Below are positions 1 to 10,528 of a DNA stretch of 64,000 bases, piece after piece (within the stretch, counting starts at the first letter, position 1; each line of letters opens with the position of its first letter). The translations under genes were made by a program, and so were the position numbers. Under the pieces are notes generated by a model, which was not told the DNA's origin, made no database searches, and saw nothing but the letters and a program-made list of their open reading frames with translations. Location: the NCBI GenBank assembly GCA_964537735.1, contig CAZICL010000007.1, forward strand, positions 9,768-73,767, written 5' to 3'. This stretch comes from an uncultured Rhizobium sp. (GTDB lineage: Bacteria; Pseudomonadota; Alphaproteobacteria; Rickettsiales; UBA1997).

Positions 1-545
1 AATGCCGGCAGAAAATCTTTATTAACCAAATGCGACATTTCGTGAGCCATAATGCTGCGAATTGCATTTAAAAATCTTTTCGGCTCAGAACATTCAACTA
101 AGTAATGCTTGATTAAACCATGGGTCAGAACAATGGCTTTTTTGTTGAAGCTGCTGACTGCATAAGCATTTATTTCATCAGAATTTTTGATGTAGAGATG
201 AACATTTTTTTCGCCGAATCTGGTTTTCACCTGATCAAAAATATCACTTAAAAAATCATAATCTTTAATCTTCTCAAAACGACTGCATTTCTTAAGTGAA
301 GAACGTACTGAAAAACCTAAGAGAAAATCAAAAAATAAATAAACCAGCATCAAGAAACTGACCAAAAAAAACAGGAAACACAGTCCTAATTTCATCTTCT
401 GAAATAATCCGGCATTGATAGCAGAAGCATAGCCGCCGAAGTTAAATATGGGGATCAACACTACCATCAAAGGCAAGGCCAAAATTACGATATTAATCAC
501 CGTAATAACGTAAACGAGAATCAGATTAAATGGTTTTGAAAACAT
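1..545 (-). CDS. M48 (HtpX-like) membrane zinc metalloprotease, 3' end runs off the window
   Basis: Manual translation from ATG at 545: [13 protein letters not shown]..., two hydrophobic segments, then INAYAVS...IVLTHGL...[13 protein letters not shown] (HExxH). Not in the ORF track because it is truncated by the edge. Confidence 0.85.
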   Translation of the reverse strand, partial: MFSKPFNLILVYVITVINIVILALPLMVVLIPIFNFGGYASAINAGLFQKMKLGLCFLFFLVSFLMLVYLFFDFLLGFSVRSSLKKCSRFEKIKDYDFLSDIFDQVKTRFGEKNVHLYIKNSDEINAYAVSSFNKKAIVLTHGLIKHYLVECSEPKRFLNAIRSIMAHEMSHLVNKDFLPA

Positions 546-638
546 GAATTTAGGGAAATTGTAAGAAACTTGTTTGAATTTTTGTTAGTCAGTTATTACT
601 TAAGCAACAAAATTTTCAATTCTTTAATCTTACTTCTT

Positions 639-1466
639 ATGCGCACGATCCAAATTCAAAATTTAAAAATCGCCAATAATCTTCCTTTCACTTTGATTGC
701 AGGACCTTGCCAGACCGAATCGATGGATCACAGCCTGATGATGGCCAGCAACATTAAAAGAATTTGCGACCAGCTGGGCATTAACTTTATTTACAAATCA
801 TCTTTCGACAAAGCTAACCGCTCAAGTATTGGTGGAGAGCGCGGCGCTGGTTTAGAAAAAACTTTGCCTATTTTTGCCGAAGTTAAAAAACAATTTAAAT
901 GTCCAATCATCACCGACATTCACAATGAAGAACATTGCCGCCTATTGGCTGATAATGATGCTGTTGATATTTTACAGGTTCCGGCGTTTTTATGTCGCCA
1001 AACTGACTTACTGGAAGCTGCTGCCAAAAGCGGCAAAGTTATTAATATCAAGAAAGGTCAGTTTTTAGCCCCTTGGGATGCAGCAAATATTGTCAAAAAA
1101 ATGGATCATTTCGGAAATCAAAATGTCATGTTGACCGAACGTGGCGTCAGCTTTGGTTACAATACTTTGATTTCTGACATGCGCTCATTACCAATCATGG
1201 CGAAAACCGGTTGTCCGGTAGTTTTTGATGCTACACATTCAGTGCAACAACCGGGAGGACTTGGCGGAGCCAGCGGTGGCCAACGTGAGTTTGTTGATAC
1301 TTTAGCTTCTGCTGCAGTTGCTGTTGGTGTTGCAGCTGTATTTATGGAAGTTCATCAAGATCCTGACAATGCTCCATCTGATGGACCATGCATGGTACGT
1401 TTGGATAATTTGGAAAAACTTTTAACCAAGCTAAAAAAATTAGACCAGGTCGCAAAAAATTCCTAA
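639..1466 (+). CDS. kdsA: KDO-8-phosphate synthase
   Basis: Motifs [45 protein letters not shown]. Likely start ATG 639 (track start 570). Confidence 0.97.
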   Translation: MRTIQIQNLKIANNLPFTLIAGPCQTESMDHSLMMASNIKRICDQLGINFIYKSSFDKANRSSIGGERGAGLEKTLPIFAEVKKQFKCPIITDIHNEEHCRLLADNDAVDILQVPAFLCRQTDLLEAAAKSGKVINIKKGQFLAPWDAANIVKKMDHFGNQNVMLTERGVSFGYNTLISDMRSLPIMAKTGCPVVFDATHSVQQPGGLGGASGGQREFVDTLASAAVAVGVAAVFMEVHQDPDNAPSDGPCMVRLDNLEKLLTKLKKLDQVAKNS

Positions 1467-1471
1467 ATTTT

Positions 1472-2146
1472 ATGAACACAGTATCGCATATCCTAGTTAT
1501 CGACGACGACACCCGCTTACGCAACCTTCTGGGACGTTTTTTAGAAGAAAGTGGATTCCAAGTTGTGCTTGCTAAAGACACTATTGAGGCAAGATCAGCC
1601 TTGTCTCAAACCAAGTTCGATGTACTGATCGTAGATGTGATGTTACCCGGCGAAACCGGAGTTGATTTTACCATCAACTTGCGACAATCATTACAAACCC
1701 CAATAATTATGCTGACTGCACGTGGTGAATTTGAGGATCGTATCAAAGGTTTGGAAGCTGGTGCTGACGATTATTTACAAAAACCTTTCGAGCCAAAAGA
1801 ACTGCTGCTGCGTATTAATAATATTTTAAAAAGATCAGGAAATTCTAATTCTGATGCCAATATTTGCCGCTTCGGTGACTTTACCTTTAACCTTACAGAT
1901 TCACGCTTGAAGAAGGATAATCAATTTGTTCATATCACTGATTCTGAAGCAAAAATTTTAGGAATTTTGTGCCGTGAAAAAGGCAAAGTAGTAAGTCGCG
2001 AAAAACTTTCCTCACTTTGCGGTGAAATTGACGAACGCAGTATTGACGTACAAATCACCCGCTTGCGCCGCAAGATTGAACAAAATCCAAAACAACCGCA
2101 TTATTTACAAACGGTCAGAAATCACGGCTACGTGCTGTACAGCTAA
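1472..2146 (+). CDS. OmpR-family response regulator, no adjacent kinase
   Basis: REC domain (VIDDD, DVMLPG, GADDYLQKPF) plus winged helix (RSIDVQITRLRRKIE, TVRNHGY). Confidence 0.9.
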   Translation: MNTVSHILVIDDDTRLRNLLGRFLEESGFQVVLAKDTIEARSALSQTKFDVLIVDVMLPGETGVDFTINLRQSLQTPIIMLTARGEFEDRIKGLEAGADDYLQKPFEPKELLLRINNILKRSGNSNSDANICRFGDFTFNLTDSRLKKDNQFVHITDSEAKILGILCREKGKVVSREKLSSLCGEIDERSIDVQITRLRRKIEQNPKQPHYLQTVRNHGYVLYS

Positions 2147-3288
2147 TTTATCAAATCCAGACAGGTAAAACGGTTCCTAATAAATTTAGCATAAGCTGTA
2201 CAATCTTGATATTGCTGCTTTGATAAGCCTAATGATTGTGGCGAATATTTCACTTTAAAGTGAGTAAAAATTGCTGCTAATTGCGTTGCATCAAAGTGGA
2301 TTTTTTGCAGTTGCTTTTTCGTAATAGAGTCAATTTTTTTTACATTTTCACTGACGCTAACTTTTTCACGATATTCCTGTAAACACTGTTGTGAAATTAT
2401 TTTTGGTAAAAACTTTTTAAACTCAGAAACTGTTTTTTCTGCAAAATCAGAACCTCCACTAAGCAATATTTTTTGCAAATTGGCCGCCGTCATTGTGGTC
2501 ACCGCGATCATCTCACCATGCAGTTTTTTTGCCGCAACTTGCGGATATTTCATCTCAATAATGTGAGCAATCAAATGCTCAGATTGGCTTGCCGGATAAG
2601 ACCCTCCAGCAATTGTCATGCCTTGCCCTGAAAGCAATAAAATTTCGATTAGCAATTTTAAAAATTCTTCATCTTGCAACGAAAATTGAGTAAAGTTTTT
2701 TACCAAATAATCCATTTCATCACACAAAATTTTAAAGGGTTTGGCGTCAAATTTTGTCCCTAAAATTTTGTGCGACAAATACCAATCAAACCAACAAGAA
2801 TAAAAACACAAACTGTCGCCAATTCCAGCTTTTGTAAGTCGTAAAGGAGCTGATTTTAAAATTTCCAAATCACAAAAAACCTGTTGTGGCAAGGTTGCCG
2901 GCAAAGTTTTTTTGTGGCCCTTAATTGTTATTGAGGCATTGCGTGACAAATAGCCATTCATCGATGGAGCCGAAGCAAAAATGGCATAAGGAATATTTTT
3001 TTGTGCTGAAGAATATTTACACAAATCATTAATGGTGCCGCTGCCAAGACCCAAAATAAAATCACAATCTTGCAACGCTGCAGCAATTTTTTTAAGATTC
3101 TTTTCGTCAGCTTTGGGGTCTTGCAAGATCAAGTTACAAGTGGTTTTTTCCAAAAAATTATGTGGGAAAAATTTTTTACAATTACGCCAAATCTTACTAT
3201 CGCTGACAAAAAGCACTTTTCCTTCAAATAGCTCTGAAGCGAGGATATCAGTGGCTAAACCACGAGAAATTTTTACGTTTTTAATCAT
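2143..3288 (-). CDS. sn-glycerol-1-phosphate dehydrogenase family (EgsA/AraM-like) metal-dependent dehydrogenase
   Basis: GLGSGTINDLCKY, SAPSMNGYLS, AGIGDS, SQSEHLIAH and LHGE match the G1PDH pattern (GxGxG..D..K; xSEH..xH; HGE). Confidence 0.75.
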   Translation of the reverse strand: MIKNVKISRGLATDILASELFEGKVLFVSDSKIWRNCKKFFPHNFLEKTTCNLILQDPKADEKNLKKIAAALQDCDFILGLGSGTINDLCKYSSAQKNIPYAIFASAPSMNGYLSRNASITIKGHKKTLPATLPQQVFCDLEILKSAPLRLTKAGIGDSLCFYSCWFDWYLSHKILGTKFDAKPFKILCDEMDYLVKNFTQFSLQDEEFLKLLIEILLLSGQGMTIAGGSYPASQSEHLIAHIIEMKYPQVAAKKLHGEMIAVTTMTAANLQKILLSGGSDFAEKTVSEFKKFLPKIISQQCLQEYREKVSVSENVKKIDSITKKQLQKIHFDATQLAAIFTHFKVKYSPQSLGLSKQQYQDCTAYAKFIRNRFTCLDLIN

Positions 3289-3296
3289 GAAAAAAC

Positions 3297-3330
3297 TTGT
3301 GAGATAAAATTGAATTCTTAAGTTGCGGCG
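3297..3330 (+). promoter_or_regulatory. putative sigma70 promoter of secG
   Basis: TTGTGA-N16-TAAGTT followed by GC-rich GCGGCG. The same architecture occurs upstream of acpP and rpsA. Confidence 0.55.
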
Positions 3331-3381
3331 TCTTTTAGGACTGTCTGTGCAGATCGCTTCAAATCAAATAATTTTCTTAAA

Positions 3382-3747
3382 ATGGAAAGTCTTCAAATTT
3401 TTCTGCTAATTTTGCAGGTTATTATCGCTATTGTGTTGATTGTTTTGGTGTTGCTCCAAAAATCCGACGGTGATTCTTTAAGCGGTATTGGTGGTGGATC
3501 AGGCGGCCTTAATTCTGTAATGTCAAGCAAAGCTTCAGCCAGTATTCTAACCAAAGTCACTATGGTTTTGATTGGAATTTTTATGCTCAACTGTTTGATT
3601 TTAGCTTCTATTTCCAACGCCTCAAAAAAAGCCATCCAAAAAGAATTGGAACAAACAATTGAGCAGCAAGAAAAAGCCGCTGACTCTGCTATACCAGCCG
3701 CCGAAGAAGCTATCAGCAAAACTCCAGCCGCTCCTAAAGTGGAATAA
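3382..3747 (+). CDS. secG: preprotein translocase subunit SecG
   Basis: Two TM helices with LVLLQKS.G....G.GGG and ILTKVT motifs. Confidence 0.93.
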   Translation: MESLQIFLLILQVIIAIVLIVLVLLQKSDGDSLSGIGGGSGGLNSVMSSKASASILTKVTMVLIGIFMLNCLILASISNASKKAIQKELEQTIEQQEKAADSAIPAAEEAISKTPAAPKVE

Positions 3748-3787
3748 TAAATAAGCTCCCACTTATCAAAGTTAAATTTTACAAATT

Positions 3788-4888
3788 ATGAAAATTACAG
3801 CTCTAAACCAAACTCACCGCGATCAAGGTGCTAAAATGGTAGAATTTGCCGGTTACGACATGCCGGTGCAATATCCAGATGGAATGCTTAAAGAACACGA
3901 ATGGACACGTTCGGGCAATGTCGGCATTTTCGACGTTTCACATATGGGTCAATTTGTCATCGAAGGTGAAGAAGTTGTAAAATTCCTTTCTCACATCACT
4001 CCAACCGATTTTTCTCTAAGCACTCCCGCCCTTGCTAAATATACAGTTTTGACCAATCCCCAAGGTGGAATTATTGATGATTTGATCATCACCAAACTAA
4101 CCGACACAAAATTTTTCATCGTTTTGAACGCCGGATGTAAAGAAAAAGACGCCGCTTGGATCATCAAAAATTTACCAGAAGGAATTTCTTTTATTGAACT
4201 TACTGATCGCTCATTGATAGCAGTTCAAGGCGGAAAAGCTGAAGAAATTCTCAACCGCTTTTTAGCCGAAAAAAATCTGGCTGACTTGCCTTACATGAAT
4301 CTTGGTGCTTACCAATTAAAAAACGGCGAAGAAGTTTTTATCAGCCGCACTGGCTATACTGGAGAAGATGGTTTTGAAGTTTCAATTAAAAATTCTGCTG
4401 CAGCAAAATTTTGGCTTGATTTGTCAGCACTTGAAGAAGTTAAGCCAATTGGCCTTGGCGCTCGTGATTCACTGCGTTTAGAAATGGGCTACCCACTTTA
4501 CGGACACGATTTGGACGACACAACTTCTCCAATCGAAGCTGCCTTGGGATGGGTTGTGAGCAAAAGCAACACCAGCTTCATCGGCTGCGAAAGAGTGTTG
4601 AAAGAAAAAGCTGAAGGCGCATCGCGCAAAAGAATCGGCGTCAAATTATTAGATCGCGGCATTGCTCGTGAAGGCACTGAGATCAGAAAAGACGGCAAAA
4701 AAATCGGCACACTTTCTAGCGGTGGATTTTCACCAAATTTGAAAGTCTCAATCGGTCAAGGCTATTTCGAAACAGCTTTGGTTAAGGTTGGAGACCAAGT
4801 TACTGCTATTGTGCGTGACCGTGAAATTCCTGCTATTTTGACTTCTCCAGTTTTTGTTGAAGCCAAAACAAAGTCGGTAAAAAAATAG
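3788..4888 (+). CDS. gcvT: glycine cleavage T protein
   Basis: FAGYDMPVQY, FDVSHMGQ, SRTGYTGEDGFE, GLGARDSLRLE. Confidence 0.97.
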   Translation: MKITALNQTHRDQGAKMVEFAGYDMPVQYPDGMLKEHEWTRSGNVGIFDVSHMGQFVIEGEEVVKFLSHITPTDFSLSTPALAKYTVLTNPQGGIIDDLIITKLTDTKFFIVLNAGCKEKDAAWIIKNLPEGISFIELTDRSLIAVQGGKAEEILNRFLAEKNLADLPYMNLGAYQLKNGEEVFISRTGYTGEDGFEVSIKNSAAAKFWLDLSALEEVKPIGLGARDSLRLEMGYPLYGHDLDDTTSPIEAALGWVVSKSNTSFIGCERVLKEKAEGASRKRIGVKLLDRGIAREGTEIRKDGKKIGTLSSGGFSPNLKVSIGQGYFETALVKVGDQVTAIVRDREIPAILTSPVFVEAKTKSVKK

Positions 4889-4951
4889 TTATAGCTTAGA
4901 TACTGTTAGCTAGCAGCGTCTAATCAATCAATAATAATCAAAGGAGTTAAA

Positions 4952-5317
4952 ATGAAATTTACTAAAGATCACGAATGGATCAAAATTGAAGGCGATGTTG
5001 CTACAATCGGAATTACCGAATATGCCGCTGAAGCCTTGGGCGAGTTGGTTTATGTTGAGCTTCCAAAAGTGGGTAACACTTACAAAGTTCACGACGCTTT
5101 TGCCGTTGTTGAATCTTCAAAATCAGCCAGCGACGTTTACATTCCTGTTGCCGGCGAAGTTGTTGCCATTAATGAAGCATTAAATTCACAACCAGAATTG
5201 GTTAACAATTCTTCTTACCATGAAGGCTGGATTGCCAAAGTTAAAATGAGCAACGCTGATGATTTAGCTGATGCAATGGATGAAGCTGCTTATAAAGAGT
5301 TTTTGAAAAATCAGTAA
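4952..5317 (+). CDS. gcvH: glycine cleavage H protein
   Basis: FTKDHEW, GITEYA, lipoyl motif VESSKSASD, EGWIAK. Confidence 0.97.
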   Translation: MKFTKDHEWIKIEGDVATIGITEYAAEALGELVYVELPKVGNTYKVHDAFAVVESSKSASDVYIPVAGEVVAINEALNSQPELVNNSSYHEGWIAKVKMSNADDLADAMDEAAYKEFLKNQ

Positions 5318-5334
5318 TTAGATATTTGAGATTG

Positions 5335-5369
5335 GGGGTCAGAACCAGAAATGGTCTGACCCCTTTTTT
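5335..5369 (+). terminator. intrinsic terminator after gcvTH
   Basis: GGGGTCAGA...TCTGACCCC stem followed by TTTTTT, between convergent gcvH and pth. Confidence 0.8.
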
Positions 5370-5373
5370 ATTT

Positions 5374-5940
5374 CTAGCCTACCCTTCCCATCTCATTCAT
5401 AAATTTATCGGCTCGTCCTTCCAACAATTCTTCGAACAAATCGGAGATTTTTAGATTTATTTTTCCCACCAACATCATCTCATCTTTTGTGAATTTTCCT
5501 AAAACATAATCGGAAATTTCAAACTCTTTATTTTCTGGTCGACCAATTCCTAAACGTAAACGCATATATTGCTTATCCATATGTGCATCCAGAGACTTCA
5601 AACCATTATGTCCGGCATTTCCACCACCAACTTTAACCTTCACCTTTCCTAAAGGCAGATCCAAATCGTCGTGAAAAACTAAAATATTTTTCGACTCAAT
5701 TTTATAAAAATTTGCCGCTTCAGCAACTGGAATTCCAGAACGATTCATAAAGCTATGCGGCTTTAAGGCGATGATTTTATGACCAGCAATAACACCAGAA
5801 AAAACTTCACTCTTAAATTTTTTTGACTGTGCCACTAATCCAAAATCAGCAATTATTTGATCGAGCAGCAAAAAACCAAAATTATGGCGGGTGGTTTCAT
5901 ATTCTTGGCCAATATTTCCAAGACCGACTAGCAAATACAT
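5374..5940 (-). CDS. pth: peptidyl-tRNA hydrolase
   Basis: LVGLGN, TRHNFGF, HDDLD, GGNAGHNGLKS, RLRLGIGRP. Confidence 0.97.
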   Translation of the reverse strand: MYLLVGLGNIGQEYETTRHNFGFLLLDQIIADFGLVAQSKKFKSEVFSGVIAGHKIIALKPHSFMNRSGIPVAEAANFYKIESKNILVFHDDLDLPLGKVKVKVGGGNAGHNGLKSLDAHMDKQYMRLRLGIGRPENKEFEISDYVLGKFTKDEMMLVGKINLKISDLFEELLEGRADKFMNEMGRVG

Positions 5941-6037
5941 AAATTATGAAGTTTGTTAAAAGAATTTAAGATTGCGGTAATTTAAAATATTTTTAATTTA
6001 GCAGCAGCGATTTTTCAGTTACCGCTTTATTCATCTC

Positions 6038-7177
6038 ATGCGAAAAAAATTATTTAAAAAGGTTCTAATTTTATTTTTTTGCGCCGTTTTTTGCGCCGTT
6101 TTTTCCTGCGCCAAAAAAACAAAAAGAGAATTTTACATTCTGTCTAACATACCAGAAATTCAAGAACAGGAACGCCAAGATCACCAATTTTGCAACTCAC
6201 TTGATTTAAATTCCGGTTCATCCAACAAAACCTTTAGCGCCGATTTATACTGGCGCTGTCGTCTTTCCTCAGCAAAATCGCGTCTTAAATCCAACATTTC
6301 CTCTCCGCAAAGTTTAAGATATAATGCTAATCTCAGCGATCTGATTACTAAAATTTCACTACATTTATCAGAAGCCAATGAATCAGTTTTTATCAAAGAA
6401 AATAAGAAAATTGACAAACGTGACCATACACGCTGCGTATCTTATGGTTTTGATTTTGACGTTTCTGATCGTTTAAAAACTGATGAATATTTACTCTGTC
6501 GCAAAAGATTGATTGATGAAGATCAGCTTGATCCGCCTTACGGTAATGAAGTGTATCTGCAATATCCTAACCGCTCTTATAACTTAAGTTTTGTTCTTGA
6601 TCATCGTATTGATAGCGACAATAAAAAATATGCAGAAGCTCAAAAAAACTATCCGAGCTGCATGTTATTCTTTCAAAATGAAGAAAATTTTAAAGAATGT
6701 ACTAGAGCACAAGATCAATCTAGACAATGCTTTGCAGAAGTTGATAGTAAAAAATTCAAAAAAGAATCAGAGAAAAAAACCATCTGTCAAAAACAAGCTT
6801 ACGTTAAATTTCCAGATTCATTATTGAAGGAATCTGACCAGAAGAAAGATGATTTAGCTAAGACCAAAACCAATGCCGATGTTTATAATCAAAATAACTT
6901 TGCCGCTCTAGGAATTATTGATCACGCCGTTGATTTATTTGAATCAGAAGATGCCATAAAGGCCAAAAATAGTAGCAAAGAAAAACAGAAAAAACGGGAG
7001 CAAAATATTAACTCGAAAAAAGGCCTTTATAACCGCTACGATTTAACCAGGCTGCGTCAGAAATATATTTTTGCCTGCCAACAAAATGCCGATTCTGAGA
7101 TTAACAAATATGTCGAAGGTTTGAAGAAAGAATGCAGCGATATTGGCGATTACAAACCAAAAGAAAATCTGATTTAA
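6038..7177 (+). CDS. hypothetical Cys-rich exported protein, probable lipoprotein
   Basis: Basic N-terminus, hydrophobic stretch and FSC lipobox-like site. Many paired Cys. No recognised family. Confidence 0.7.
   Translation: MRKKLFKKVLILFFCAVFCAVFSCAKKTKREFYILSNIPEIQEQERQDHQFCNSLDLNSGSSNKTFSADLYWRCRLSSAKSRLKSNISSPQSLRYNANLSDLITKISLHLSEANESVFIKENKKIDKRDHTRCVSYGFDFDVSDRLKTDEYLLCRKRLIDEDQLDPPYGNEVYLQYPNRSYNLSFVLDHRIDSDNKKYAEAQKNYPSCMLFFQNEENFKECTRAQDQSRQCFAEVDSKKFKKESEKKTICQKQAYVKFPDSLLKESDQKKDDLAKTKTNADVYNQNNFAALGIIDHAVDLFESEDAIKAKNSSKEKQKKREQNINSKKGLYNRYDLTRLRQKYIFACQQNADSEINKYVEGLKKECSDIGDYKPKENLI
6075..6104 (+). repeat. 12-bp tandem repeat (TTTTTTGCGCCG x2.5) in the signal peptide
   Basis: Seen directly; encodes FCAV-FCAV-F. 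Confidence 0.75.
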
Positions 7178-7182
7178 AAAAT

Positions 7183-8139
7183 TTACGACATTGACAGCAT
7201 CCGGCGCAGCGACTTTTCAGCCTTAATTCTCAATGCTTCTTCAAATTGTAACTCACCACCATTGGGCGATTTATTGCCATATTTTAAAACCAGATAAAGC
7301 TTCTCTAAAGTGTTAAGCTGCATGTGCGGACAGGTGTTGCACAGACTGCAACCGGCTTTGTCAACAAAAGGACAATCGTAAAATTTTGCTGTCGGATTTT
7401 TGCGCTGCATTTGGTGAATAATATGCGGCTCGGTTAACACAATAAATTCGCTACCTTGATTTTCTTCAGAGAATTTCAACAACGCCGAAGTTGATCCAAT
7501 GTGATGAGCATAAGACAATAAATTTTCTGGACATTCCGGATGAGCAATCACTTTAGCCTGCGGATGATTGGCAATTAATTTTACTAATTCCTTTTCGCTA
7601 AATTGTTCGTGAACCATACAGGATCCGTGCCACAAGATCATTTTACGTCCGGTAACTTTGGCCAAATAACCTCCCAAATGTTGATCCGGCGCAAAAATAA
7701 TTTCTTTATCAGCCGGAATTTGTTCGATGATTTTTTTAGCGTTAGAAGAAGTAACGATGATATCAGACAAAGCTTTAATTTCAGCGGAACAATTGATATA
7801 GCTCACCACCATTGCCTGTGGATATTTTTTCTTAAATTCAGCGAAAGGTGCAGGTTGACAAGAATCTTCCAAAGAACATCCGGCCTTTAAATCAGGCACT
7901 AAAACTTTTTTGTCCGGTGATAAAATTTTTGCCACTTCTGCCATAAATTTTACGCCACAAAATACTATAGTATCGGCACTGGTTGAAGCAGCATTGCGCG
8001 ATAGATCAAGAGAATCACCAACAAAATCAGCAATATCTTGAATCTCACCATCCTGATAAAAATGCGCCAAAATCACGGCATTTTGTTCTTTTTTTAAACG
8101 AAGAATTTCTTCTTCAAGGTTTAGGGGTATTTCAAACAT
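7183..8139 (-). CDS. nadA: quinolinate synthase A
   Basis: [50 protein letters not shown]. Likely start ATG 8139, just after the trpS stop. Confidence 0.96.
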   Translation of the reverse strand: MFEIPLNLEEEILRLKKEQNAVILAHFYQDGEIQDIADFVGDSLDLSRNAASTSADTIVFCGVKFMAEVAKILSPDKKVLVPDLKAGCSLEDSCQPAPFAEFKKKYPQAMVVSYINCSAEIKALSDIIVTSSNAKKIIEQIPADKEIIFAPDQHLGGYLAKVTGRKMILWHGSCMVHEQFSEKELVKLIANHPQAKVIAHPECPENLLSYAHHIGSTSALLKFSEENQGSEFIVLTEPHIIHQMQRKNPTAKFYDCPFVDKAGCSLCNTCPHMQLNTLEKLYLVLKYGNKSPNGGELQFEEALRIKAEKSLRRMLSMS

Positions 8140-8140
8140 T

Positions 8141-9112
8141 TTAGAGTCCGACAATTTCAAAAACTTCTTTCTTGGTTTGAGCGGCAATTTCTTGCGCTTG
8201 AATTTTTCCTTCATTCAAAAGCTGGCGAATATGCGCCTGATCTTGTTTGAAGCGATTTAAATTTTCTTGAATTGGTTTTAATTTTGTAATCAAGCTTTCA
8301 GCCAAATCACTTTTAAATTTTCCATTTCCGGCAGTTTCATATTCTTGCGCTATTTGTTGCGGAGTCTTGTTTGAGGCAGCTGCAAAGATATTTAACAAAT
8401 TGAAAATTTCCGGACGCGATTCATCAAAAGTGATTATGGAAAGTGAATCTGTTTTAGCTTTTTTGATTTTTTTAACAATGTCGTCAGCACTATCAGTTAA
8501 GTTAATGCGCGACAAATCTGACTCATCAGACTTGCTCATTTTTTTAGTCCCATCTTGCAAAGACATTATACGCTTCACTTGCGGCAAAATCATTGGCTCT
8601 GGAAGTTTGAAATATTCTTGACCAAAACGACGATTAAAGGCACCGGCAATATCACGAGTTAATTCCAGATGTTGCTTTTGATCTTCACCAACCGGCACAA
8701 GATCAGCTTTGTAAAGCAAGATGTCGGAAGCCATCAAAACTGGATAAGAGTAGAGACCGAGATTTTCATTAGATTCTGATTTTTCTTTAAACTGAGTCAT
8801 ACGATTCAACCATCCCATCGGCGTCAAAGTGCCTAAAACCCATGCTAATTCAGCATGTTGTGCCACTTCACCTTGCACAAAAAGTGTCGATTTTTTGGGA
8901 TCTAAACCACAGGCCAAATAAACCGCGGCCGCTTCTAAAATATTTTTCTGCAACTCTTTAGGATCTTGCGGCAAGGTGATGGCGTGCAGATTCATCACAC
9001 CAAAAATGCAGCGATATTTATCTTGTAAATCAATCCAGTTGGCAATTGACCCCAGATAATTTCCAAGATGTAAATTTCCCGTAGGTTGAATTCCTGAGAA
9101 AACAGTTTTCAT
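8141..9112 (-). CDS. trpS: tryptophanyl-tRNA synthetase
   Basis: [39 protein letters not shown]. Confidence 0.98.
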   Translation of the reverse strand: MKTVFSGIQPTGNLHLGNYLGSIANWIDLQDKYRCIFGVMNLHAITLPQDPKELQKNILEAAAVYLACGLDPKKSTLFVQGEVAQHAELAWVLGTLTPMGWLNRMTQFKEKSESNENLGLYSYPVLMASDILLYKADLVPVGEDQKQHLELTRDIAGAFNRRFGQEYFKLPEPMILPQVKRIMSLQDGTKKMSKSDESDLSRINLTDSADDIVKKIKKAKTDSLSIITFDESRPEIFNLLNIFAAASNKTPQQIAQEYETAGNGKFKSDLAESLITKLKPIQENLNRFKQDQAHIRQLLNEGKIQAQEIAAQTKKEVFEIVGL

Positions 9113-9198
9113 GAATTTGTGACCAAAATTTTAATCGGCAAAAAGCTGCAATCTTAAATTGCTTTGAAAGGCGCGACACTTTATTTTCACGATCTTGT

Positions 9199-9603
9199 AA
9201 GGCAAGTGGATGATCGCTGGTTTTAATGGTAACATTTGAAAACTAGAGGAAAGTCCGGACTCCCCGCCAGAAACGATACCAGCTAACGGCTGGCCACGTT
9301 GGCCTGAATTTATAGGGCCATTGAGGGAAAGTGTCACAGAGAATATACCGCCCGCTTACGCTCTTTGAGCTACAGCGCGGTAAGGGTGAAAACGCGAGGT
9401 AAGAGCTCACGCGCTTTCGTGGTAACACGAATTTGGAAAAACCCTATCGGGAGCAAGACCAAATAAAATAGTGGTTCGGCAACGAACAATGCTCTGGCGC
9501 ATGCTATTGTGGTAGGTTGCTTGAGGTTAACAGCGATGTTAATCCCAGATGAATGATCGTCTTTTGAGAAATCAAAAACAAAATCCGGCTTATAGCTTGC
9601 CTT
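9199..9603 (+). ncRNA. rnpB: RNase P RNA, class A
   Basis: GAGGAAAGTCCGGACT, GAAAGTGTCACAGAGAA, GGTAAGGGTGAAA, GAGCAAGACCAAAT and AAATCCGGCTTAT are all present. P1 is closed by AAGGCAAG (9199) and CTTGCCTT (9603). Confidence 0.96.
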
Positions 9604-9610
9604 ACATTAC

Positions 9611-9632
9611 GACACTGTCACAAAACAATTTT
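9611..9632 (+). repeat. degenerate end of the GAGACTGTCGCAAATC element family
   Basis: GACACTGTCACAAAAC matches GAGACTGTCGCAAATC at 13/16, followed by AATTTT as in the full element. Confidence 0.4.
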
Positions 9633-9688
9633 GAGTTGCTGCAGGTGAACTAAATTATCCTATCCGCAACCAATTTATTTTCTTAAAG

Positions 9689-10477
9689 ATGCTTACTACC
9701 AACGAAATTCGCACAAAATTTCTTAATTATTTTGCGCGCCATGGCCATGAAATTCTGCCATCAAGCCCTTTGATTCCGCATAATGATCCCACTTTGATGT
9801 TCACCAATGCCGGCATGAATCAGTTCAAAAATTATTTCACCGGTGTGGAAATTCCCAAATTCAAACGTGCTACCACCTCACAAAAATGTGTACGTGCCGG
9901 CGGCAAACATAATGATCTCGACAATGTTGGCTATACTGCACGCCATCATACTTTTTTTGAGATGTTGGGAAATTTTTCCTTCGGCGATTATTTTAAAGAA
10001 GAAGCAATCTTTTTTGCTTGGGAACTTTTAACTAAAGAATTTGGCATCAATGCCGACAAGCTTTTGGTCACAGTTTATCACAATGATGACGAAGCTGCTC
10101 AATTGTGGAAAAAAATTGCTGGTCTGCCGGAAGAAAAAATTATTCGCATCGCCACTGATGATAACTTTTGGTCAATGGGTGAAGTTGGACCTTGTGGCCC
10201 ATGCTCAGAAATTTTCTTCGATCACGGTGATAAAATTTTTGGCGGCGTACCCGGAAGTAAAGATCAAGATGGTGATCGTTATATTGAAATTTGGAATTTG
10301 GTTTTTATGCAATTTGAAAAGCATAAAGATGGAAAAATGACACCATTGCCTAAACCATGCATTGACACCGGAATGGGCCTAGAACGTGTGACTTCTGTGT
10401 TGCAAGGCGTTCATGATAATTATGAAACTGATAGTTTTAAAAAGCTGATCGCTGAAGTTGAAAAAATTATTGTTTAG
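9689..10477 (+). CDS. alaS: alanyl-tRNA synthetase N-terminal catalytic domain only (262 aa); truncated or split gene
   Basis: [51 protein letters not shown] and IDTGMGLER are intact. TAG at 10475-10477, and no alaS continuation was found in any frame before the convergent ankyrin gene. Confidence 0.9.
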   Translation: MLTTNEIRTKFLNYFARHGHEILPSSPLIPHNDPTLMFTNAGMNQFKNYFTGVEIPKFKRATTSQKCVRAGGKHNDLDNVGYTARHHTFFEMLGNFSFGDYFKEEAIFFAWELLTKEFGINADKLLVTVYHNDDEAAQLWKKIAGLPEEKIIRIATDDNFWSMGEVGPCGPCSEIFFDHGDKIFGGVPGSKDQDGDRYIEIWNLVFMQFEKHKDGKMTPLPKPCIDTGMGLERVTSVLQGVHDNYETDSFKKLIAEVEKIIV

Positions 10478-10528
10478 CCTGCTATTTCGAGAATCTTAAA
10501 CCTAAATAATAATCTCTTGCGAGCTTAT

